From Haloferax volcanii DS2 (GTDB lineage: Archaea; Halobacteriota; Halobacteria; Halobacteriales; Haloferacaceae): a DNA stretch of 32,000 bases. The stretch lies in NCBI RefSeq assembly GCF_000025685.1, contig NC_013967.1, positions 510,001 through 542,000 on the forward strand, in the 5' to 3' direction. Below the pieces are notes generated by a model. It did not search any database and was not told where the DNA came from. It was given only the letters and a program-made list of their open reading frames with translations. Both the position numbers and the translations under genes were made by a program. Below are positions 15,678 to 23,381 of this stretch, piece after piece (the first letter of the stretch is position 1; each line of letters begins with the position of its first letter).

Positions 15678-16691
15678 ATGGACCCCGGTTCCGTTTCCGA
15701 CGTCGACCACGTGACTCACGGCGGGACCGCCGACCACTCGCTGGTCGATTTCAGCACCGGCTCGAACCCCGAACACCCGTCCGGCCTCGCTGGCGTCTAC
15801 GAATCGGCGCTCGCCACGGCGCGGCGGGACTCGCTGGACGACTACTCGCGGTTCCGCGTCGCCGCCGCGGAGTTCGTCGGCTGCAACCCCGACGAGGCCA
15901 TCCCCGCCGCTGGCGTCATCGAAGCGCTCCGACTCGCCGTCGGCGTGACCGTCTCGCCCGGCGACAGCGTGGCGCTTCCGGCCCCTTGCTGCGGCGAGTA
16001 CGCCCGCGAAATCCGGCTTCAGGGGGGCGACCCGGTCCATGTTCCGCACGACCGCCTCCTCGAAACCGTCGACCCCGCCGAGCACGCGGCGGTCATTCTC
16101 AGCTATCCCGCCAACCCGGTCGGGACCGCGTACCCGCGAGACGAGCTTCGGGCGTTCATCGACGACTGTCGCCGGGCCGACACGCCCGTCATCGTCGACG
16201 AGACGTACCTCGGCTTCACGCGCCTCCCGAGCACGGCCGGCCTCGACGGCGTCATCGCGCTCCACTCGGTAACGAACGTCTTCGGCGTCCCCTCGCTCCG
16301 CGCGGGCTTTGCGGCCGCGACGGGCGACCTCGGTGACCGGCTCTCGCGGGCGCGCTGTACGTGGGTGCTTTCGGCTCCGGCGGTGGAGGTTGCGACGTTC
16401 TGTCTCGAACAGGAGGCTTTCCTCGAAGCCACGCGGAACCGGGTCGAACGGGAGCGCCCGAGGGTGATTGCGGGGCTGGACCGGCTCGGCTACGACCCGC
16501 ACCCCGCCGACAGCGCGCTCGTGTTGTTCCGCGCCGACGACGTCGATTGCGTCCTCCGCGAGACCCGACGGCGCGGTTTCGCCGTCCGCGACGCCCGCGA
16601 CTATCAGGGCCTCGACTCGCACGTCAGAATCAGCGTCCGCCGCCCGGACGAAAACGACCGCTTGCTCGACGCGCTCGCCGAGGCGTCCTGA
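15678..16691 (+). CDS. CobD/HisC-like aminotransferase-fold paralog lacking the PLP-binding lysine
   Basis: Colinear with cobD (HGGTADHSLVDFSTGSNPEHP, YPANPVGT, VDETYLGF, RAGFAAATGDLGDRL). Where CobD has SLTKMFGLPGIRAG this protein has SVTNVFGVPSLRAG, so Lys is replaced by Asn. A TATA-like TTGATTATGG lies about 25-33 nt upstream of the ATG. Confidence 0.8.
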   Translation: MDPGSVSDVDHVTHGGTADHSLVDFSTGSNPEHPSGLAGVYESALATARRDSLDDYSRFRVAAAEFVGCNPDEAIPAAGVIEALRLAVGVTVSPGDSVALPAPCCGEYAREIRLQGGDPVHVPHDRLLETVDPAEHAAVILSYPANPVGTAYPRDELRAFIDDCRRADTPVIVDETYLGFTRLPSTAGLDGVIALHSVTNVFGVPSLRAGFAAATGDLGDRLSRARCTWVLSAPAVEVATFCLEQEAFLEATRNRVERERPRVIAGLDRLGYDPHPADSALVLFRADDVDCVLRETRRRGFAVRDARDYQGLDSHVRISVRRPDENDRLLDALAEAS

Positions 16692-16837
16692 GCAACCGCG
16701 TCACCCACCGACCGCTCGCCGGGACGCGAACGCCGACTCACCGACGACTCGCCGCCGAGCCGACGCCAGCCGACGGTCGCAGTTCCGTCCCGGATGGGGC
16801 CGCGGAACTCGGTTGCACGCCGCGATTCGAACCGCCG

Positions 16838-16945
16838 TCACCGATTCAGGTACACGATGAACGCGATGGTGAGGAGGGTCGCGTACACCGCGAACGTCGA
16901 GTCCTCGACTGCGAAAGCGAACGATTGGATGACAATTCTGAACAT
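16838..16945 (-). CDS. Candidate 35-aa hydrophobic micro-protein (below the ORF-track cutoff)
   Basis: My own translation gives MFRIVIQSFAFAVEDSTFAVYATLLTIAFIVYLNR, with 28 of 34 codons ending in G/C, consistent with haloarchaeal coding bias. AT-rich TATTAAT (16977-16983) lies upstream, and an AGTTCCG...CGGAACT hairpin (16781-16809) lies downstream. No homology evidence. Confidence 0.25.
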   Translation of the reverse strand: MFRIVIQSFAFAVEDSTFAVYATLLTIAFIVYLNR

Positions 16946-17069
16946 CGGTGGTCGTTTCACACACTGTTGGCCTCACTATTAATGCTTGTTACTAGTTGAC
17001 ACGATATTCGTCGGCGCGCGTCCACCCCCGTTCCGAACACTTATGCGAAATCGCCGGGCACGTGGGGGC

Positions 17070-17843
17070 ATGGTCGAGGCGTTCGCCGTCGCCAGCGGGA
17101 AGGGCGGCACCGGGAAGACGACGAGTACGCTCGCGCTGGGGATGGCGCTCGCCGAGGAGTACGACGTGACCGTCATCGACGCGGACACGGGCATGGCGAA
17201 CCTGCTTTTCCACGCCGGATTGGACGACGCCGACGTGACGCTCCACGACTTACTCATCGACGACCACGACGCCGCGGTGTCCGACGCGGTGTACGAGCGG
17301 TTCGGGCTGTCTGTCGTCCCCTGTGGGACGAGTCTCGCGGCGTTCGAGGCCGCGGACCCCGGTCGCCTCCGCGACGTGGTCGCCGAGCTCGCGGCCGACA
17401 CGGACGTGTTGCTCCTCGATTCGCCCGCCGCGCTCGGTTCCAAGAGCGCGGTGCTCCCCGTCGTCCTCGCGGACCGCATCGTCGTCGTCCTCCAGCCCAC
17501 CGTGCCGTCTCTGTCTGACGGGCTGAAAGTCCAGGAGTACGCCCACTCCTACGGCACCGACACGGCGGGCGTGGTGTTCAACCGCGTGCGCCCCGACGAG
17601 AACGTGGAGACAATCGCCGAGCAGGCCGGCCGCTACTTCGGGGGACAGACGCTCGCGTCGGTCCCCGAGAGCGACGCGGTCCGCGCGGCCCGCCGCGAGG
17701 GAAAACCCCTCCTCGCGCACGCCCCCGACGACCCGGCCGCCGACGCCTTCCGCGAGGCGGCCGCCCGACTTGACGTGCGCGAAGGCGACGGCCGCGAGGT
17801 CGCAGAGCGGTTCAAAAGCGCCGTCGTCCCCGAGCGAATATGA
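17070..17843 (+). CDS. minD: MinD/ParA-family P-loop ATPase (archaeal MinD-like)
   Basis: Deviant Walker A VASGKGGTGKTT, VIDADTGMANL, and Walker B VLLLDSPA. ATG 17070 preferred; ATG 17043 is possible, but the nine codons in between have poor GC3. Confidence 0.9.
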   Translation: MVEAFAVASGKGGTGKTTSTLALGMALAEEYDVTVIDADTGMANLLFHAGLDDADVTLHDLLIDDHDAAVSDAVYERFGLSVVPCGTSLAAFEAADPGRLRDVVAELAADTDVLLLDSPAALGSKSAVLPVVLADRIVVVLQPTVPSLSDGLKVQEYAHSYGTDTAGVVFNRVRPDENVETIAEQAGRYFGGQTLASVPESDAVRAARREGKPLLAHAPDDPAADAFREAAARLDVREGDGREVAERFKSAVVPERI

Positions 17844-18424
17844 GAATCCCGCGGGGCGAACTCCGTCGGTCGCGCGTCGTCGACGACGCGGCGGCGGTGC
17901 TTCGGACGGTGCTCGACGAGGAACTCACCGGCTACGTCGTCTTCGAGCCGCAGGACGCGCTCCTGCTCGGCGAGACCACCCGCGGCGTCGTCACGTTCGA
18001 AGACGGAGTTCCGGTCCTCGCCTACGACACGGAACGCGAGGTCGGCGGCCGCGACGGGCTGGAGGGGTTCGCCGTCACCGGCCCGACCCGCGCCGCGGTC
18101 CACGCTGTCGACGCCGCAGAGCTCGCGGACGCCCACGAGGTCGAGGCGTTCCGCGTCCCGCCGGGCGAGCCGGCCCGCGTCCTCGCCGGCGACGAGCGGT
18201 TGGCGACGAAGACCCTCGACGCCGCCCCCGCCGCGCGCCGCGAGGAGAGCCGCGACCAGAGCGCGGTCGAAGCGTTCCTCGCCGACGCCGACGCCATCGA
18301 GGAGATTCGATCCGAGGCCCGCGAGGAGGCCCGCGCGAGGGCGTCGGAGTGGGGGCTCGACGACGTGCTGGCGGACGACGCCGACGAGTCGGCCGCGATA
18401 GACGCCGGCCCGGACAGTCGCTGA
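17840..18424 (+). CDS. Acidic protein of unknown function, translationally coupled to minD
   Basis: Its ATG overlaps the minD stop (ATGA at 17840-17843). 194 aa with a compact N-terminal domain (GYVVFEPQDALLLGETTRGVVTFEDGVPVLAY), a probable helical region and an acidic tail. Good GC3 bias. Confidence 0.75.
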   Translation: MRIPRGELRRSRVVDDAAAVLRTVLDEELTGYVVFEPQDALLLGETTRGVVTFEDGVPVLAYDTEREVGGRDGLEGFAVTGPTRAAVHAVDAAELADAHEVEAFRVPPGEPARVLAGDERLATKTLDAAPAARREESRDQSAVEAFLADADAIEEIRSEAREEARARASEWGLDDVLADDADESAAIDAGPDSR

Positions 18425-18488
18425 CACGCTTCTCGACGGTTGAGAACCGTCTTCTGTGGCTATCGCTCTGCGGCGTCTCTCTCTAGGT

Positions 18489-18956
18489 ATGTCCACCGAG
18501 AAATCCCAGACCCGGAATCAGACCCTGACGTTCGCCGTCGCCGCGGCGGCTGAATCACCGACCGAGACCCGCGTCTCCGTCCGCGACTTCGAGTTCGTCG
18601 TCGACGAGCCCGAATCGCTGGGCGGGGCGAACGCCGGCCCGAACCCCGTCGAGTACGTCCTCGGCGCGCTCGCCGGCTGTCTGAACGTCACGGCCCACGT
18701 CGTCGCCCGCGAGATGGACCTCGACGTTCGCGACCTCGAAATCGCCATCGAGGGCGACCTGAACCCCGCGACGTTCATGGGCAAGCGTGAGGACGGCCGC
18801 GCCGGCTACCAGGAGATTCGCGTCGCGGTCACCGCCGACGTCGACGCCGACGCCGAAACCATCGACGCGTGGCTCGCCGCGGTCGAAGCGCGCTGTCCGG
18901 TCAGCGACAACCTGCGCAACGCGACGCCGCTCGCGCTCTCGTTCGACCGGCGGTAG
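18489..18956 (+). CDS. OsmC/Ohr family peroxiredoxin-like protein
   Basis: ATG 18489 (MSTEKSQ...). Contains LGGANAGPNPVEYVLGALAGCLNV and EARCPVSDNL, the two conserved Cys contexts of the OsmC family. Confidence 0.9.
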   Translation: MSTEKSQTRNQTLTFAVAAAAESPTETRVSVRDFEFVVDEPESLGGANAGPNPVEYVLGALAGCLNVTAHVVAREMDLDVRDLEIAIEGDLNPATFMGKREDGRAGYQEIRVAVTADVDADAETIDAWLAAVEARCPVSDNLRNATPLALSFDRR

Positions 18957-19063
18957 CTGCCGCACTCGCGTCGCCGTCGCCGCCGCGGGAATCGCCCGTC
19001 GACCGCGCCGTCTTCCGTTCGCCACGGGGACAGAGCCAAACCGCCGTCACCCGTAGCTCCCCT

Positions 19064-19795
19064 GTGACCGTTTTGCGCCTCCTTCGACTCCGCCGGCCCG
19101 CCGACTTCGCGGACTGGTACCGAATCGGTGCCGAGTACGTCCACGACGTGGCCGCGGGCATGGGCTTTCGCGTCGGCGACTTCGAGTCGCGGGTGGTCCG
19201 CGCGACGGATGCCATGCGCGCGGGGCGAACCGACCTGCCCCCGGACCTCGCCCGCTCCGTCGCCGCAGACCTACTGGCCGACGCGGCGTTCTGCGACCCG
19301 TTCTGTCAGTGGATGCCGCTGTGGTACGAACTCGGCCTCGCGGCCCCGTGCGCCTACGCCGACTACCGACTCCGGCGGGTCGCCGAGCAGTACGCCGACG
19401 ACCTCCCGCACCTGTCGGTGCCGCGGTTCTCCCGCCCCGAAGACGTGTACGTCGACGGCCGCCCCGCGACGGCGTGCGTCGACGGCTTCGCCGAGCGGTT
19501 CGTCCTCGCCGACGCCGTCCTCCACTTGGAGTGGTTCGTCTACGTCGCCCGCGAGTCGGGCATCTTCGTCCCGCCGCTGTTGGTCGAGCGAACCCGCGAG
19601 CAGACCGTCGCCTACTACGCCGGCCGGCGGGAGGAACTCGACCCCGACGTGCGGAGTTTCCAGCGACTGCTGTTTTCGGACGACGAGTGGGTCCGCCGCA
19701 TCGCCGACGTGTACGACCTCGACAGCGTCCTGTTCGACTACTGGGAGCGAATCCTCGCACAGGAGCGCCGCCGCCTTTCGACGTTCGACGGCTGA
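19064..19795 (+). CDS. Hypothetical protein (Trp/Tyr-rich, acidic), no family recognised
   Basis: The coding-type GC3 bias extends upstream of ATG 19160 at least to GTG 19064, so the start is uncertain (19064 or 19160). The product has normal complexity (e.g. CDPFCQWMPLWYELGLAAPCAYADYRL...LFDYWERIL). Confidence 0.6.
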   Translation: MTVLRLLRLRRPADFADWYRIGAEYVHDVAAGMGFRVGDFESRVVRATDAMRAGRTDLPPDLARSVAADLLADAAFCDPFCQWMPLWYELGLAAPCAYADYRLRRVAEQYADDLPHLSVPRFSRPEDVYVDGRPATACVDGFAERFVLADAVLHLEWFVYVARESGIFVPPLLVERTREQTVAYYAGRREELDPDVRSFQRLLFSDDEWVRRIADVYDLDSVLFDYWERILAQERRRLSTFDG

Positions 19796-19810
19796 CCGTT
19801 CGGCCGCCAG

Positions 19811-19899
19811 GCGTGTGTTCTGAACACACGCAGCATATGACATTTGAAAAATGTTTTAATGGAGGACGTTGTAGCGTCTACTGCAGGTAGATACCTGCA
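19811..19899. other. Three perfect palindromes in a convergent intergenic region (possible bidirectional terminator or small structured RNA)
   Basis: GCGTGTGTTC-T-GAACACACGC (19811-19831); ACATTT-GAA-AAATGT (19840-19854, followed by TTTTAAT and carrying T5 on the minus strand); TGCAGGTA-GA-TACCTGCA (19882-19899). GGGGA-GGTTT-TCCCC (19917-19931) follows. Confidence 0.6.
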
Positions 19900-20033
19900 C
19901 TTGGGTTGCGTATACAGGGGAGGTTTTCCCCAGTGTCCGTGGAGTGCGGGCGGGTGCCCGGTCGTCCGCGCTCTTCCTTTTCATCCATCGAGCGGCGCGG
20001 TCGCCGCACAAAACATATCGGTCTCGGCGGGTC

Positions 20034-20474
20034 TCACGCCGTGGGCGGTTCGACAGCGCCGAGTTGCGTGAGCATGCCGAGCATGTCCGGTTGGACCCAC
20101 CGCTCGGCAATCACGCCGTCTTCGATGCGGGTAAACACCATGTTGCCGACTTCGATGGGCTTCCCGGTCGGTTCGATGCCCATGAACGCGCCGTCGTGGG
20201 TCCCGCGGAGCGTGACGCGCATGGCGACCGTGTCGCCCTCGGTAATCGCGTCTTCGACCGTCGCCGAGAAGTCGCTGAACGACTCCTTGAGTCCCGAAAT
20301 CTGGGCTTTGAGTTCGTCGCGTCCGCGGACCTCCCCGAGCGGACTGTGGTCGAGGACGTCCTCGGCGCAGATTTCGTCGATGAGGCCGACGTTCCCCTCG
20401 CTCGCGACTTCCTCCGGGGAGCGTCGCGCGATTCGTTCGTTCCCCGTCGGTGTCGGTGCGCTTGCTGATGCCAT
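20034..20474 (-). CDS. SnoaL-like / ester cyclase (NTF2-like fold) protein
   Basis: EEVASEGNVGLIDEICAEDVLDH...FSDFSATVEDAITEGDTVAMRVTLRGTHDGAFMGIEPTGKPIEVGNMVFTRIEDGVIAERW matches the typical ester-cyclase pattern. Confidence 0.85.
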   Translation of the reverse strand: MASASAPTPTGNERIARRSPEEVASEGNVGLIDEICAEDVLDHSPLGEVRGRDELKAQISGLKESFSDFSATVEDAITEGDTVAMRVTLRGTHDGAFMGIEPTGKPIEVGNMVFTRIEDGVIAERWVQPDMLGMLTQLGAVEPPTA

Positions 20475-20570
20475 TCTTGTTCTCTCCTCTCCGTCGCACC
20501 CGTCCGCAGACCGCAGCGTTCTCGCGTACCGCCGGCGGCGGATACACCGAACTCTACGCTGTGTGGGCTG

Positions 20571-20819
20571 TTAACTATTTTCTGTGCATCGTCTCGGCGT
20601 CCAGCAGACAGTACTGCTCTTAACAGACACAACAAAGGGACAGAAGACGAGCGTCGTTTGGTTCTCTCGAATTGAGTTTTGGACGACCTCTATCGAATCT
20701 CCAATACGCTGTGTAACCGAAATAAGTAGTGGCAATTCGCGAGTGATATCTTCGGACTTAGATTTCTCAAACACACGCCCCTGAATTTTCTCCGGTTCGA
20801 TACTGTATGGTATATGCAT
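20571..20819 (-). CDS. Orphan ORF inside the low-GC island (82 aa from ATG 20819); may be non-coding
   Basis: MHIPYSIEPEKIQGRVFEKSKSEDITRELPLLISVTQRIGDSIEVVQNSIRENQ... Its codon usage is AT-rich at third positions, unlike every confident gene in the window. No family recognised. Confidence 0.25.
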   Translation of the reverse strand: MHIPYSIEPEKIQGRVFEKSKSEDITRELPLLISVTQRIGDSIEVVQNSIRENQTTLVFCPFVVSVKSSTVCWTPRRCTENS

Positions 20820-21045
20820 TACTCTGTTCTCGGGTCGACCTCCCGGCGCGGTAATCTTTGTAGCGAACCTGTGCACATTTCGGGCCGACGCGCGTACGGC
20901 GAACCCTCAGCGATGACTCTCTCACAGCAGACGGGGCGGCGGCCGCGCCCGGGGCCGGTGCCCGACCCGTTCGAACGCAATACGTATATGGGTGTGCTCG
21001 CACGAACTTCGACAATGAACGACGCGTTAGTACGGTGTTGGACAG

Positions 21046-21579
21046 ATGAGTGAGGTCCACAACGACGTGCAGGCGTACACGCTTCGACTCGAACTGGTCG
21101 ACGAACCCGGCGAACTCCTGCGGTCGCTGCAACCCATCGCCGAACGCGGGGGGAACCTCCTCTCGATTTTCCACGAGCGCGGCAACGTCACCCCGCGCGG
21201 CTACATCCCGGTGGAAGTCGACATCGAGGCGACGCCCGACCGCTTCGACAACATCGTCGAGGGGCTGAGCGACGCCGGCATCAACGTCATCCAGGCCGGC
21301 ACCGAGCGGTACAGCGAGCGCCTGACCATCATCTTCTCGGGACACCTCATCGAGACGGACCTCTCCGACACGCTGACGCAGATCGAGGCGACGCGGAACG
21401 CGACCGTCACCGATATCTCGCTGTCCGCACCCGCCGGCTCTATCGACGTCTCCAGCGCCCGCTTCCAACTGGCCGCCGAATCGGGGTCGACCGAAGACGT
21501 CCTCTCGGCCATGCGCGACATCGCCGACGAGAAGGACCTCCAGCTCGTCGAGCCGCTGACTGTGGGGGGTCGCGCGTGA
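21046..21579 (+). CDS. ACT-domain (amino-acid-binding) protein
   Basis: Two ACT-like repeats (YTLRLELVDEPGELLRSLQPIAERGGNLLSI...). Its stop overlaps the hom start (GTGA at 21576-21579), a common archaeal ACT-hom pair. Confidence 0.85.
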   Translation: MSEVHNDVQAYTLRLELVDEPGELLRSLQPIAERGGNLLSIFHERGNVTPRGYIPVEVDIEATPDRFDNIVEGLSDAGINVIQAGTERYSERLTIIFSGHLIETDLSDTLTQIEATRNATVTDISLSAPAGSIDVSSARFQLAAESGSTEDVLSAMRDIADEKDLQLVEPLTVGGRA

Positions 21580-22526
21580 GGCTCTGCGTCCTCGGTGCCG
21601 GTGCGGTCGGCAGCGCCGTCGTCGAACTCGCCGCCGAACACGGCCACGTCGTGACCGCGTTCGCTGACTCCGACAGCGCCGTCGTCGACGCCGACGGCAT
21701 CGACGCCGACGCGGTGCTGTCGAAGAAGCGAGAAGACGGCGTGGTCGGGGATGCCGACCCCGAATCGGTGTTCGACGCCGACTACGACGTGTTAGTGGAG
21801 GCGACGCCGACGACGCTCGGTGACGCCGAACCCGGCTTTTCGCACGTCGAGCGCGCGCTAGCCGACGACCGCCACGTCGTCTTGGCGAACAAAGGCCCGG
21901 TCGCGGAACGCTACGCCGACGTGCGTGCGCTCGAAGCCGACAGCGAGGGGACCGTCCGCTTCGGCGCGACCGTCGGCGGCGCGCTCCCCATCCTCTCGAC
22001 TATCGAGGACGTGGGCCCGTCGCGCGTGTCGGCGGTGTACGGCGTGCTGAACGGGACGGCGAACTTCGTCCTCTCGCGGATGGCCGCCGAGGGACTCGAC
22101 TACGAACACGTCCTCGCGGAGGCACAGGACCTCGGCGTCGCAGAGGCCGACCCGGCCTTCGACGTCGACGGCACGGACACGGCGCTCAAGGGCGTCATCG
22201 TCGCCAACGTCCTCGCCGAGGGCGAGACGGAGTTCACGCTCGACGACGCCGAAGTCGAGGGGATTCAGGAGCTCTCGGGGGGGATGCTCGACCTCGCGCA
22301 GGAAGACGGCCAGACGATTCGACTCATCGTCGAAGTCGCGGACGGTTCGGTCCGCGTCGGCCCGCGACTGGTGTCCGCAAACGGGGCGGTCGCCCCGTCG
22401 GGGGCGGAAAACGCCGTCCAAATCGAAGCCGACTACTGCGGCCGACTGGGCATCACCGGGCGCGGGGCCGGCGGTCCAGAAACGGCGAGCGCGGTGCTGA
22501 CGGACGTCGAGCGGCTTGCCGACTGA
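21576..22526 (+). CDS. hom: Homoserine dehydrogenase
   Basis: N-terminal Rossmann LGAGAVGSAV, VVLANKGPVA, LNGTANFVLSRM, AEADPAFDVDGTDTALKGVIVANV. Confidence 0.9.
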   Translation: MRLCVLGAGAVGSAVVELAAEHGHVVTAFADSDSAVVDADGIDADAVLSKKREDGVVGDADPESVFDADYDVLVEATPTTLGDAEPGFSHVERALADDRHVVLANKGPVAERYADVRALEADSEGTVRFGATVGGALPILSTIEDVGPSRVSAVYGVLNGTANFVLSRMAAEGLDYEHVLAEAQDLGVAEADPAFDVDGTDTALKGVIVANVLAEGETEFTLDDAEVEGIQELSGGMLDLAQEDGQTIRLIVEVADGSVRVGPRLVSANGAVAPSGAENAVQIEADYCGRLGITGRGAGGPETASAVLTDVERLAD

Positions 22527-22607
22527 CGCCGGGCGACGAGTACGAGTTCGCGGCGAGAAGAGATGAAACGAGTCTGTTGACGGCGGGCGGCCGCAGGGTC
22601 GCCGGCG

Positions 22608-23351
22608 TCAGTCCGAGAGCGTCAGTTCCTTCGGCACCGACACCTCGCTCCGAATCGTGTCGATGACCTGTCCGTCGACGCGCTCGTTTTTGGTGAGTTC
22701 GATGAGCGAGGCGAGCTTTTCGAGCGGAATCTGCCCCGGCGCGTAGTCGTTGTCGTCCGCGAGGAGGGGCGCGTAGCCGAGCTTCGACCCGTAGAGATGG
22801 CCGATGACGCGGGTGTGACTCCCGAGTTCGCCCATCGAGATACCGGCCACGTCGATGCCGCGGTTGGTCGCGTCGTTGACGGCCTCCAAGAGCGTGAGCG
22901 TGTCGCGCTGGTTTTGGGGGTACACCGCCACCTTCGCAACGTCACCGAACTCCGCGCACTGCTCGATGATGGCGTCGAGCACCTCGCGGTCGGGCGTCTC
23001 ATCGAAGTCGTGATGCGAGATGATGAGCTGCACGTCGTTCTCGCGGAACTCGTGGGCCAGCCACTCCTTGGCGCGGACGGTTTCGAGTTCGATGTCGACG
23101 AACTCCACGGCGTCGTACCGAGATGCGGAAAACAGGTCGTCCAATCGTCCGGTGTCGCTTGCCTTCCCCCCGAACCATCGTGCGCGATTGGTCGCGATTA
23201 TCGGGAGTTCGCCGTCGTACGCGGCGAGTTGTTCGAGCGGGTCGTCCGCTTGGTCCATTCGGAATTCGATGAGGTCTGCCACCCCTCGTGCGTCTACCTC
23301 TCGTGTGAGGTCGTTTGTTGTCGCCGCCAGTGCAGACTCGTCGAGTTTCAT
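22608..23351 (-). CDS. aroD: 3-dehydroquinate dehydratase, type I
   Basis: ATG 23351 (MKLDES...) has a TATA-like box 25-30 nt upstream. Contains EFRMD, ISHHDFDETP (catalytic His), GDVAKVAV (Schiff-base Lys), ISMGELGSHTRV and YAPGQIPL. Confidence 0.85.
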   Translation of the reverse strand: MKLDESALAATTNDLTREVDARGVADLIEFRMDQADDPLEQLAAYDGELPIIATNRARWFGGKASDTGRLDDLFSASRYDAVEFVDIELETVRAKEWLAHEFRENDVQLIISHHDFDETPDREVLDAIIEQCAEFGDVAKVAVYPQNQRDTLTLLEAVNDATNRGIDVAGISMGELGSHTRVIGHLYGSKLGYAPLLADDNDYAPGQIPLEKLASLIELTKNERVDGQVIDTIRSEVSVPKELTLSD

Positions 23352-23375
23352 GTGAACGCCTATCATCCCATCGCG

Positions 23376-23381
23376 TATAAA
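23376..23381 (-). promoter_or_regulatory. TATA box for aroD (leaderless spacing)
   Basis: The + strand TATAAA (minus strand TTTATA) lies 25-30 nt upstream of ATG 23351. Confidence 0.5.

Noticed and set aside
16821-16834. GCGATTCGAACCGC (minus strand GCGGTTCGAATCGC) resembling a tRNA T-arm.
   Set aside because: The flanks cannot form a 5-bp T stem, acceptor stem or anticodon arm on either strand, so no cloverleaf is possible.
17043-17069. Alternative upstream start (MRNRRARGG...) for minD.
   Set aside because: The nine extra codons have poor third-position GC and an Arg-rich product. The MVEAFAVASGKGG start fits the family better, though the upstream start cannot be excluded.
19837-19890. 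17-codon Cys-rich micro-ORF MTFEKCFNGGRCSVYCR in the AT-rich intergenic region.
   Set aside because: It is composed almost entirely of the palindromes described at 19840-19899. It has no coding bias and is too short, so nucleic-acid structure is the simpler explanation.
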